Shown: positions 47,847-56,661 of the stretch, piece by piece
Numbering within the stretch: the first letter of the stretch is position 1
How the letters are laid out: the number at the start of each line of letters is the position of its first letter
Source of the DNA: a virus
Reading direction: 5' to 3' (one strand)
Virus record (IMG/VR): IMGVR_UViG_3300034760_000025
Location: 9,300 to 73,299 of that record
DNA: 64,000 bases
Notes under the pieces: model-generated
The model's input: the letters and a program-made list of their open reading frames with translations, nothing else
The model's database searches: none
What the model was told of the DNA's origin: nothing
Translations under genes and position numbers: made by a program

Positions 47847-49013
47847 ATGGGACAACGGCACCCTTTTGGTGGCGGCGTAGCCGAGTGGGTCATGGAAGGC
47901 AACGATTCCGATGTGCCCATCCTGCAGGGCGGCGCGAGCCTGACGTTCTGGAACGCGAAGGACGGCGGGCTGCAGCACACCGACCTGTCGCTCGACGCGG
48001 CCGGGGAAACACCCCTGACGGGGCTACTCAGCAGCGACGGAACCGGCGGGTACCGCAAAGGGCAGGTCCCGAGCTTTTTCGGCCCGCCTGACGTCACGTA
48101 CATGTGGATGTCCGCCGATGGTGGTGAGCGGGTCCTGATCGTCGCCGTTGACACGGCTGACATCGCCGGGGCGATCGCCCAGCAGTTCTCCAACCACCTC
48201 AGTCAGAGCAACGGGCACAACACCACCATGGGCGACCTGTCCGATGTGGATTTTCCCGCGACGATCCCACCCGGGTCGGTGCCGGTGTGGAACGACACAG
48301 AGCAGAAGTGGGAGGCGGCGACCGCGACGGGGCTCAACCCGAACTCGTTCGTGAAGACCGCAGGCGGGAGCGTCGTTCGGATCCCCGACGGGGACACCAC
48401 CACCGTCGGGCAGGAGGTACGCGCCCCGGCGGGAAGCCGGGTCGGCGCGGCGAACACCTTCCAGGGGGCATGGAACAGCGGCAGCAACGCGGTCCCGGTG
48501 TGGGCGTTGGGTTTCTACCTCAACGGGTACGCCGAGGGCAGGGCCCGGGCCACCGCCGACGACCGGGTCGCGTTCCGCGTCGAGCGGCGCACCGCCGGCG
48601 CCACCGGTGACCTTTTCCAGGCCGTGAACGAGTCCGGCAACCCCCTGGCGTGGATCAACTCGAAGGGGCATATCCGGGCGGCGAACCTGGGCCGGTCGGT
48701 CACGTTCACCGCCGTCGGGGCGCTGAGCACGGGCGTCGGCAAATTTGTTTGGTTCAACGACACCGGTGCGGATCTGATCCTGCGGTCGTTGCGGTTCTGG
48801 CTGGACACGGTCGGTAGCACGCCGAGTGTGTTCGACGTCAATCGTGACGGGGTGACGCTGTACGCGTCGGGTAAGCCGACCCTGGCCGCGAGCGCGCAGA
48901 CGTTACTCGTCGCGGCTTCGTTCACTGTCGCCGCCGGGCAGCGGCTGTCCGTTGACGTCGACAGCGCGGGCACCGGCGCGCAGAACCTCACCGCCCAGCT
49001 AGAGCTGTACTGA
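47847..49013 (+). CDS. Minor tail / fibre protein
   Basis: TFWNAKDGG.Q.TDL, PSFFGP; VPVWN..QKW motif. Confidence 0.72.
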   Translation: MGQRHPFGGGVAEWVMEGNDSDVPILQGGASLTFWNAKDGGLQHTDLSLDAAGETPLTGLLSSDGTGGYRKGQVPSFFGPPDVTYMWMSADGGERVLIVAVDTADIAGAIAQQFSNHLSQSNGHNTTMGDLSDVDFPATIPPGSVPVWNDTEQKWEAATATGLNPNSFVKTAGGSVVRIPDGDTTTVGQEVRAPAGSRVGAANTFQGAWNSGSNAVPVWALGFYLNGYAEGRARATADDRVAFRVERRTAGATGDLFQAVNESGNPLAWINSKGHIRAANLGRSVTFTAVGALSTGVGKFVWFNDTGADLILRSLRFWLDTVGSTPSVFDVNRDGVTLYASGKPTLAASAQTLLVAASFTVAAGQRLSVDVDSAGTGAQNLTAQLELY

Positions 49014-49032
49014 CCCGGACGGAGGCACCACC

Positions 49033-50721
49033 GTGGGCTCATGGGTCAACGACAGCAGTTCGGTCACCACCACCTCGGGTTTCACCTCCGTCGGGACCAT
49101 CCCGACCGGGGTAGCCGCCGGGGACCGGGTGTACGCGTTCGTCGGCAGTGGGTCCGCGAACCCGAACGCGCTCACCGGGCCGGCCGGGTGGGTGAAGTGC
49201 GCCGAGTACGCCCCGACCGGGTTTTTCAAGTCGGCGCTGTACTACCGCGACGTCGCCGCCGGTGGGGAGGCCGGGGCCACGGTCACGTGGACGTGGGCGG
49301 TCACCGGGCGCACCTGGGCGGTTCTGCAGGCGTACCGGGGTGTGGAGACAGCCCGGGCGCCGTTGTGGGCGACGGCGTCCGGGGTCGCGGACAGTCCGGG
49401 GCCTACGAACGTGCCCGTGCTGACCGTGCCTACGGATGACTGGCTGCTGATCCTCGCCGCGGCGCGGGAGTCGCCGGGCACCGACCTGGCGAAGACGTGG
49501 GCGCTGACCGGCGCCGGGACCGACGTCGAGCGGGTCGACGAGTACGGCAACAACGCGGGGACCGGGGTGAAGCTGACCGTCGCGGTGTACGACACCAACG
49601 GCCCCGACCCGGGTGTCGCCGGTGGTGGTGGCGGCGGGGGTGGCAGCGCGGTGACGTTGACGGGGGCACCGCCGCTGAACACGTACAACTCGATCGCGTT
49701 GACGTCGCCGCTGCGGATCGGGGCGACGCTCGACAAGGCGGCGATCTCCTACTGGGAGCCGAAGCTGCACGTCAACGGGTGGATGCGGATCTTCCCGGAT
49801 GGCTCGACGAAGATGCCGAACGACTGGGAGGACTCCCGCTACCAGTATTGCCGGCGGGTCGGTGCGCACCCGTTCATCAGCACGAAAATCGACGGCGATC
49901 CGGTGAAGTTGCAGCAGATGTACGACTACCTGATGACGATGCCGTCGTGGATCAAAGACGACCCGGACATGCTGTTGTGGATGACCGACCACCACGAACC
50001 GGAAAAAGAATTCACCCCAACAGGGTTCAAAAACAACTTTATTGCGTTCTGGAATAAGATAAACACGCTGCCGTCGAACATTCGCACGAAAATCAAATGC
50101 GGTCCGGCGCAGACGTCGCAATGGACGGAGTCGGCCAGTAAAGGCAACTTCAACTATTCGACGTACGACCCGCTGGTCGGTGACTTCTGGGGTGTCGACA
50201 CGTACGTCCTGAGCGCGTCCGGTGGGGCGGCGATCACGTCGTACCCGAACCCGGTCGCCTTCCTGCAGCACATCAAGGCGTACGTCCCGCCCGGCGGGCG
50301 GCCGAAGATTTTCCCGGAGTTCGGGGCGATCGGCGCCCCGTTCGACACCGACGGGACAGCCCGGGCCGCGTTCCTGCAGGGCTGCTACAACGAGCTGATC
50401 ACCTGGCCGGACTTCGGCGGGTTCATCTGGTGGAACGACGACGGGACGTCGTCCGACTCGCCGACGACCGGGATCGGCACCGCCCGGTACTTCCAGCTCA
50501 ACCGCCGGCACACCGGCACCGACAACTCCTACACGGAGATCCCGTCGCAGACGACGACGGTGACCGTCGGCAGCGGCGGCGGGTCCGGGACCGCCCGGTC
50601 CGTGACCCTGTCCCAACCCGCCGCGAGCACGCACCTGTGGTCCGTGACGGTGCCCATGGTCGCCCCTCCCCCGCCGGCGCCGGTCAACCCCTGGTCGCAC
50701 ATGGGCCGCCCCCAGAAGTAG
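49033..50721 (+). CDS. Tail-associated protein with a GH26-like catalytic domain inserted in a beta domain
   Basis: HPFISTK, TDHHEPE, FWGVDTY, IFPEFG, FIWWND. Confidence 0.65.
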   Translation: MGSWVNDSSSVTTTSGFTSVGTIPTGVAAGDRVYAFVGSGSANPNALTGPAGWVKCAEYAPTGFFKSALYYRDVAAGGEAGATVTWTWAVTGRTWAVLQAYRGVETARAPLWATASGVADSPGPTNVPVLTVPTDDWLLILAAARESPGTDLAKTWALTGAGTDVERVDEYGNNAGTGVKLTVAVYDTNGPDPGVAGGGGGGGGSAVTLTGAPPLNTYNSIALTSPLRIGATLDKAAISYWEPKLHVNGWMRIFPDGSTKMPNDWEDSRYQYCRRVGAHPFISTKIDGDPVKLQQMYDYLMTMPSWIKDDPDMLLWMTDHHEPEKEFTPTGFKNNFIAFWNKINTLPSNIRTKIKCGPAQTSQWTESASKGNFNYSTYDPLVGDFWGVDTYVLSASGGAAITSYPNPVAFLQHIKAYVPPGGRPKIFPEFGAIGAPFDTDGTARAAFLQGCYNELITWPDFGGFIWWNDDGTSSDSPTTGIGTARYFQLNRRHTGTDNSYTEIPSQTTTVTVGSGGGSGTARSVTLSQPAASTHLWSVTVPMVAPPPPAPVNPWSHMGRPQK

Positions 50722-50776
50722 CCGCCCAGGGGCCCCCGGGGCGGTGCAACCGAGCACCACGCCCCGGAGGTTCCCC

Positions 50777-51385
50777 GTGTTGGTCCCGCCGTCTGTCTAC
50801 ACCGTGCGCGTCAACGGGTTGGCGTCGCGCACGTCGGTCGACGCCGACGTCGACCTCGGGTTCGGGTACTGGCGCCGCGGCGTTCGGCTGCGGCTGGCCG
50901 GCGGGCCGGCCGGTTGGGCTACCGCCGGTCTGGCGCCGGGGGTGCGTCTGGTGGGCCGGGTGGCCCGGTACGGGGCCGGGTGGGCGGTGCACCCGACCGC
51001 CCCGGGGACCCGCCCGGCGCACGTGTACGCCGCGGTCCTGGGCGTCGGGCACGACGGCGACAACGTCCGCGCTGACATCGACCTGGGCGTCGACTGCTGG
51101 TTGGCTGGCCAGTCGGTCCGGTTGGCCGGGTGCAACGCCCGCGAGCTGCACGACGCCGGCGGGCCCGCGGCCCGCCTCAACATGGCGACGGCGGCGCCGG
51201 CCGGCACCGTGGTCGTGCTGACGTCGCTCAAGACCGACAAGTACGGCGGCCGGTACGTCGGCCGGATCGGCCTACCCGACGGCACGGACCTCGCCGCCCG
51301 GCTGATCGCCGACGGGTGGGCCGCCCCGTGGGACGGCCGCGGCACCCGACCCGTGCCGCCCTGGCCGCGCCCGGTAGCCGACTAG
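50777..51385 (+). CDS. Thermonuclease (SNase-like) protein with a duplicated N-terminal segment
   Basis: HDGDN..ADIDLG, VRLAGCNAREL, DKYGGRY, LIADGWA..WDG.G; GGAGG RBS. Confidence 0.78.
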   Translation: MLVPPSVYTVRVNGLASRTSVDADVDLGFGYWRRGVRLRLAGGPAGWATAGLAPGVRLVGRVARYGAGWAVHPTAPGTRPAHVYAAVLGVGHDGDNVRADIDLGVDCWLAGQSVRLAGCNARELHDAGGPAARLNMATAAPAGTVVVLTSLKTDKYGGRYVGRIGLPDGTDLAARLIADGWAAPWDGRGTRPVPPWPRPVAD

Positions 51386-51883
51386 GCCCCCCTGGTGCGG
51401 CTGGACGGCTGACGCGGCGGCGGCAATCTCATCCGTGACTTGGATGGTGTGACCGGCCCATGCGCCGGTCAGTACCAGGCCGGCGGGCCCGGGCCGTCCG
51501 GCCGTACGCACGAAGAGCTGCCCCGGGTGATCGTCCGGGACGAAGAACTCGGCGCCGGCCGGCACCTGAGTCACCAGGTCCCCATTCGTCAGCCTCACGA
51601 CCAGCGGGTTCCCGCCGACCATCTGGTAGAACAGCTCGATCGGCCCGCCGGTCGTCGGCGGCCGTGACGCCGCCCGGAGTAGTCGGGCGAGGCCCCGCAG
51701 ACCGGCCGGATCCTTGCCGTTGCGTTCGCGCCGGTCCGCGGCCTTGTCTACCCGGCTGGCCAGCTCGGCGAGCTCGTCGCTCGGTAGGTGCCCGCGGAAC
51801 GCTTCCGCGACCTGGTCGGCGGTGTGCGTCGGTTGGAACGCGCCGAAACTCGGGACCCGTCCGAGGGTCTCTCTCGTGCTCAT
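51272..51883 (-). CDS. Antisense hypothetical protein, probably leaderless; 3' end uncertain
   Basis: TACGCT 6 nt before ATG 51883; overlaps the thermonuclease 3' end by about 114 nt. Confidence 0.45.
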   Translation of the reverse strand: MSTRETLGRVPSFGAFQPTHTADQVAEAFRGHLPSDELAELASRVDKAADRRERNGKDPAGLRGLARLLRAASRPPTTGGPIELFYQMVGGNPLVVRLTNGDLVTQVPAGAEFFVPDDHPGQLFVRTAGRPGPAGLVLTGAWAGHTIQVTDEIAAAASAVQPHQGGLVGYRARPGRHGSGAAAVPRGGPPVGDQPGGEVRAVG

Positions 51884-51970
51884 GCGGCCAGCGTAGGCGC
51901 CCCCACTGATACCCCGCGTCGCCGGCGAGCTGCCGGCGGTGTGCGTTCCGCCCGAACGAAGGAGGCACTG

Positions 51971-52405
51971 ATGCCCGAAATCACCGAGCCGGTCGACGCC
52001 GGCGAGGACGCCGGCCCGTGGGAGGGCCCAGCTCGCGGTGGGCCGCTCGACGGCACGACGCAGACCAGCCGGTACCCGCGCGGGTTGCTGGCCGCTGACC
52101 GGCCCGCCGGCCTGGGCTGGCTGTACGACTGGACGGGCCGGGAGTTCGTCGCCCGTAACGCCGGCGTGCCGGTGCCGCTCATCGAGGACCCGGGCGCCCC
52201 GGACAACCGGTACCGGGCCGCGGAGGAGGGCGACTTCGACGTGATCGCGGTCCCGGACGCCGGCGATGACCCGGCCACGGTCGACGCGTACACCGAGGAC
52301 GACGGTGGGTTCGCCCTCGTCGTCGACGTCGACGACGCCGACCGGGGTGTCCAGCCCGACGACCAGGACGACGAGCAGGACGCGGGAGGGCCGAGCCATG
52401 TGTAG
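51971..52405 (+). CDS. Acidic hypothetical protein before the lysin
   Basis: AAGGAGG RBS; GGPLDG motif; Asp-rich tail. Confidence 0.7.
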   Translation: MPEITEPVDAGEDAGPWEGPARGGPLDGTTQTSRYPRGLLAADRPAGLGWLYDWTGREFVARNAGVPVPLIEDPGAPDNRYRAAEEGDFDVIAVPDAGDDPATVDAYTEDDGGFALVVDVDDADRGVQPDDQDDEQDAGGPSHV

Positions 52406-53438
52406 AGCAGCACCGCCGACCCGGTGGGTTGTCGACCAGGTCGAGAAGCGGTATTCCAGTGCGGTGATGGCCGGGATCGTCCCGGACCGGCGGCACCTGG
52501 CCAACGGGGGCCCGCACGTCTGCATGGATCACCTGTGGTCGGGTGGCAACGCCGATGACTACTCCAACCGTCACCGGCTCGACGAGTCGCCACCGGTGAG
52601 CGCGGCAGGCCGGCAGTACAGCGCCGCGTGTGACATCGGCCTGGGCCGGGCGGACATGATGCGGGTGCACGCGTCGGCCCGCCGGGTGTTCCTGGACCGG
52701 TCCGACCCCCGCCGTAAGTGGATCAAGGCGATCAACTGTTGGGACGGGTCGGGGGCGGCGGTCCGGTACGACTACGTCAACAACACCGCGACGTGGGCGA
52801 CGCCGGACCACTGTTCGCACACCCACGACGAGTGGTCGCGGCTGTACGTCGATTTCGACGCCGACCCCGCCCGGTGCTGGAAGGCGGCCCGGGCGATGGC
52901 GTCCGTGCTGTGCGCTGAGGCTGAGGCGGCGTGGGTCGCGCGGGAAGAGCCGAAGCCCGCCCCGAAGCCCGCCCCGAAGCCGGCCACCGCGGCGCCGGCG
53001 GCGGGCGGCCCGTCGGCGCCGGCGCCGATCACGCACCAGGTCAAGGCCGGCGACACCCTGTGGGACATCAGCCGCCGGTACCGGCTGACTGTGGCGAATC
53101 TCAAAGCGTGGAACCGGTTGGCCGGCGACGGGATCCGCCCGGGGCAGGTCCTGCGGCTGGCTGCCACTCCCGCCCCGGTGGTGAGAGCGCCGGGGTGGCC
53201 GGTCGGGGCCGGCGACTACTTCCGGCCGCGGGTCGGAGCCCCGCAGTACCCGACGGTCCGGGTGTGGCAGGCCCAGATGCGCAGGATCGGGTGGTCGATC
53301 GAGGTCGACGGGCAGCTCGGGCCGAAGAGCGGCGCGGTCCTGGTCGCGTTCCAACGGGCCGAAAAACTACGAGACACGGGGGTTCTTGACCGGGCAACGT
53401 TCCTGCGGGCGTGGTCGACTACCCGCCGGGGTCGGTAG
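52398..53438 (+). CDS. Endolysin: N-terminal catalytic domain, LysM, PG-binding domain
   Basis: LysM HQVKAGDTLWDISRRY...N...IRPGQVL; PG-binding VWQ..M...DGQLGP....FQ...G; His/Asp/His residues suggest a Zn peptidase (uncertain). Confidence 0.85.
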   Translation: MCRAAPPTRWVVDQVEKRYSSAVMAGIVPDRRHLANGGPHVCMDHLWSGGNADDYSNRHRLDESPPVSAAGRQYSAACDIGLGRADMMRVHASARRVFLDRSDPRRKWIKAINCWDGSGAAVRYDYVNNTATWATPDHCSHTHDEWSRLYVDFDADPARCWKAARAMASVLCAEAEAAWVAREEPKPAPKPAPKPATAAPAAGGPSAPAPITHQVKAGDTLWDISRRYRLTVANLKAWNRLAGDGIRPGQVLRLAATPAPVVRAPGWPVGAGDYFRPRVGAPQYPTVRVWQAQMRRIGWSIEVDGQLGPKSGAVLVAFQRAEKLRDTGVLDRATFLRAWSTTRRGR

Positions 53439-53447
53439 CCGCACGTC

Positions 53448-53600
53448 GTGTCCATCCAGGGCAGACGGGGGTTTACCCATCGGTAAGTGTTGACCGAGCG
53501 GGTGCGCGTTCCGTCGATCCGCACGGATGTACTATCCATAACGCGACATTCGTATCATTTCCAGTCGTTCAGGTATACCGGGTGCCTGGATGATTAACAC
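53448..53600. ncRNA. Candidate structured RNA or regulatory element
   Basis: Lower-GC segment closed by CATCCAGG/CCTGGATG with internal hairpins; not matched to any known family. Confidence 0.25.
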
Positions 53601-54177
53601 AACACACAGAGCGGCCGGGGCCGATCAGGCCCGGCCTTGTTGCAGCTTTGCTCGGAGGCGGCGGCGGCGACCGGTGGGGGGATCTCGAGGCAGCGCGCGG
53701 CACGCATCACGACCCGAGAATCCCTCCCACCGTGTCGCTGTCGGTGACTGGGAATTGCAGTCCCGGTCACAACAAGCGGGGCCGTCCCACATGTTGGGTC
53801 GGCCCCGCTACGCCGGGCGGTACAGTATTCGGCCAACGCCGACCCGCGCGCCCAGGGGCTTGTCTGGAGATCGCGGCCCGTCGTCGTCACCGCACCGCCG
53901 TAGGAGGTAACGAGGGGGACACGCAGGACGGCAGACGGTCTTGTCCGTCAGCTGGGCGTCGCCATCCGATCGCGGTCGAGCAGGCCGCGGGCAGGCTACC
54001 GCCGCCCGCTGCCGGCGGGTCGGCCGTCCATGTGTCCGTGACGCGACCTTAGCGTGACCTGAGTACACCAGGGACCGCCCCGACGTAGTTGGCGCATCGT
54101 GGTGGCCACGTTAGGGGTACAAGGGGGGCGAATTACCGCATCACGGTGAACACGTTAGGGTACAGGGAGAGCGCGAC

Positions 54178-54250
54178 GGGGCGCCCCGCGTGATGTCGGC
54201 ATCGGGCTGGGTAGCTCCGTCGACCCTCACGCGGGGCGCCCCCGCTTTTC
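54178..54250. terminator. 16-bp perfect inverted repeat, probable terminator between convergent operons
   Basis: GGGGCGCCCCGCGTGA 54178-54193 / TCACGCGGGGCGCCCC 54227-54242, followed by CGCTTTTC. Confidence 0.6.
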
Positions 54251-54255
54251 GCGTC

Positions 54256-54384
54256 TTACGTACCGATGGTGTCGTCGCTGACGTTCCGTAGGACATCCCA
54301 GGCCGCGCGACCGCAGCGCAACTCACGCGGTAGCGGGATGCCGATCGTGCGCACGTAGGCTGTGGGATCATCGATGACGCTCAC
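54256..54384 (-). CDS. 42-aa ORF coupled to the Dam stop
   Basis: GTGA overlap; VSVIDDPTAYVRTIGIPLPRELRCGRAAWDVLRNVSDDTIGT*. Confidence 0.4.
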   Translation of the reverse strand: MSVIDDPTAYVRTIGIPLPRELRCGRAAWDVLRNVSDDTIGT

Positions 54385-55256
54385 CCGACCTCACCGCCCG
54401 CATGCGTAGCGGTATTGGTGCTGAGCAGGTCGAACAAACCCGGCTGGAGGCCGAGCGGGCGGTTCGACCACAGCACCTCGGTGCGGTTGCCCCACTGGTT
54501 CGATCCCTGGCCGGTGCCGGTGGCCATGCTGTGCCGGTCCCACCCGCGGTACAGCTCGAGGTCGTACAAGTCTGAGGGGTACCCGGAGAGCACGACCGCA
54601 GCTCGAGCTGCGGTCAGCGCGGCGGCCAGGTCGCGGTGCGACTGCTCGTCGCGCATCTCGTGCCGGTAGCCGTCCACCGACTCGGCGCGCGAGGTGCCGA
54701 GGTACGGAGGGTCGACGTAGAGCAACACGTCCGGGTCGGCGCCGTACTTGGCGATGAGGTCGAGCGCCGGCATGGATTCCAGTGAGACCGCGGCGAGCCG
54801 CTCGACGGCCGGCGCGATGCGGTCGACGTAGCCGGCGAGGTAGCCGGGCAGGCTGAACGTCGACCCGCCGGGGTTGACGAAGTGCCGCCATCCGGTCCGG
54901 CGCAGCTTGGCCGAACGGCCTTGGGTGAGCCGGACGAACACACGCCGGGCCGTCTCCAGGTCGGTTTCTGCAGGTTCGTACGCCGCCTGGTGCTCAGCGC
55001 GTGAGTGCGGCGTCAGGGCGCAGACCCGGGCCAGGTCGTCAGGCTGCTCCCGCAAGACCCGCCAGAATGTCATGAGCTCGCCGTCGAGGTCGTTGACGGT
55101 CTCGTGCCCGCCCCGCGGCTTGGCGAGGAGCACGGCGAGGCTGCCGCAGAACGGCTCGACGTAGTGCTTGTGCTCGGGAAGCAGCGCCGCGATGACCGGG
55201 CCGAGCGTGATCTTGCCGCCGAAGTACGGGATCGGTGGCTTGATGGACGCGGTCAC
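54381..55256 (-). CDS. dam: DNA adenine methyltransferase (Dam/D12 class)
   Basis: IPYFGGK, YVEPFCGS, ETVNDLD, YVDPPY. Confidence 0.93.
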   Translation of the reverse strand: MTASIKPPIPYFGGKITLGPVIAALLPEHKHYVEPFCGSLAVLLAKPRGGHETVNDLDGELMTFWRVLREQPDDLARVCALTPHSRAEHQAAYEPAETDLETARRVFVRLTQGRSAKLRRTGWRHFVNPGGSTFSLPGYLAGYVDRIAPAVERLAAVSLESMPALDLIAKYGADPDVLLYVDPPYLGTSRAESVDGYRHEMRDEQSHRDLAAALTAARAAVVLSGYPSDLYDLELYRGWDRHSMATGTGQGSNQWGNRTEVLWSNRPLGLQPGLFDLLSTNTATHAGGEVG

Positions 55257-55489
55257 TGACCCTCACCGCCCGACGAGGACTGCGAACCGGTATCGCTCTG
55301 CTGCCGGGCAAGGCGGGAGCCGATCGGCGCGAAATGTAGCTGGTCCGGGCGCTCCCAGCCGTGTTCGGTGGTCACGGTAAGGAAGTCGCAGTGGCGTACG
55401 CTCAGCTCCACCTTGAAGCCGGTGACCTCGGGGATTTCGGTCACCAAGCCGTCCGGCGCTGTGATCTCGATCGTCATCGGCTCAGGCAT
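55253..55489 (-). CDS. Small hypothetical protein
   Basis: Overlapping start and stop with both neighbours. Confidence 0.55.
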   Translation of the reverse strand: MPEPMTIEITAPDGLVTEIPEVTGFKVELSVRHCDFLTVTTEHGWERPDQLHFAPIGSRLARQQSDTGSQSSSGGEGQ

Positions 55490-56084
55490 CGCGATCACCC
55501 GCATTTGGCGCGGTAGCACCGAACTCCTGGTCGCTCAGGCAGCCGGCCGCCTGGCAGCTAACGGAGCACTCGGTCGGCGCCCCGCAGGGCATCGGCTCAC
55601 CGCCCGCATTCGGACGGGTGTCACGCATTGCCTGCTCACGGGTCACGCCGATGACGCACCCGAGGGCGTCCCTGTATGTCCTTTGCCAGCGCTTGTAGTC
55701 ATCGCAGGCATAGACCGGATCACCCTCTTCGATGGCCTTGGCGCAAGGAGCGCAGCCGCCGGCCAGCACGTGACCGACGAAACCGTGCTGGCCGGTCATC
55801 GCCTGACGAAGTTGCCAAGCCACGGCCCGGAGTCGCTCGACCTCGGCGAGCAGGGTTGGCACGTCCTGTCGGGCGTGGGCGATGAACGCGGCGTCGGCCG
55901 TGCCGTTGCGGTCCGGCTGCAGCTCGACCATCCCGTGCTGGTGACTGATGACCACCTCGTGCGCGTGCATCACGTCGCTGTACTCCTGGTCCTGGTTTCC
56001 GGTCCACCATGGGCCAGGGCTGGCAGCGGCCAGGCGCTCGCGGATGGCATCGACGTCAAGATCGGGACTACGCATGTCAGGCAC
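55482..56084 (-). CDS. Ead/Ea22-like phage protein
   Basis: DAIRERLAAASPGPW...ADAAFIAHARQDVPTLLAEVERLR. Confidence 0.7.
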   Translation of the reverse strand: MPDMRSPDLDVDAIRERLAAASPGPWWTGNQDQEYSDVMHAHEVVISHQHGMVELQPDRNGTADAAFIAHARQDVPTLLAEVERLRAVAWQLRQAMTGQHGFVGHVLAGGCAPCAKAIEEGDPVYACDDYKRWQRTYRDALGCVIGVTREQAMRDTRPNAGGEPMPCGAPTECSVSCQAAGCLSDQEFGATAPNAGDRDA

Positions 56085-56658
56085 CTCCGGCCTGGTCGGA
56101 CGGACGGTTATCCACGTCGTCCTGGCCGCCGAGAGCCGCGAGCACCTGGTCGTACAGCTCGGCGAACGGCGCCCCGTCGTCGGCCTGCTCTCGCCAGCGC
56201 TGCCAGGTGTTCACCACGGTCACGACGCGGTTGACCTGGGTCAGGCGCTCGTCCAGCTCGAATTCGGCCTGACGGCGCAGCTCGTGCGGGGTCTTCTTGC
56301 CGGGCCGCTGGATCGTCAAGGTGTAGCGCTCGCCGGTCTCCCGGTCGTGGACGTGCTGCTCGACGTAGTTCTCCGCGCCTGTGGCGGTCAGGAACGTCTT
56401 GGCCGCGGTCACAAGTCCGGCGGCGGTCTCCAGCGCCATGCTGACCTGCAGGTCCGTGACACCGGCGTTCATGTTCCAGCCGAGGATGTTGGCTTGGGCG
56501 ACCTGCCCGTCGATGAACTCCTTGTCGGCGGCCTCCATGGTGGCCTCGACAGCGCGAGCGCCCCAGCGGGCGGTGCTTTCGCCCTCGACGCGCGGCAGGA
56601 TCTTGCTGGGGTCGGCGATGGCTCGGGCGAATAGGTCGGTGAAGTCAGAGTTGGACAC
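56077..56658 (-). CDS. Hypothetical protein
   Basis: AENYVEQ....GERYTLTIQRPGKKTPHELR; coupled to neighbours. Confidence 0.7.
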   Translation of the reverse strand: MSNSDFTDLFARAIADPSKILPRVEGESTARWGARAVEATMEAADKEFIDGQVAQANILGWNMNAGVTDLQVSMALETAAGLVTAAKTFLTATGAENYVEQHVHDRETGERYTLTIQRPGKKTPHELRRQAEFELDERLTQVNRVVTVVNTWQRWREQADDGAPFAELYDQVLAALGGQDDVDNRPSDQAGGA

Positions 56659-56661
56659 GGG

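Noticed and set aside
53744-53770. tRNA-like 7-nt loop ATTGCAG (would be anticodon TGC)
   Set aside because: No D arm, TTC T arm or acceptor stem around it; it is an isolated hairpin
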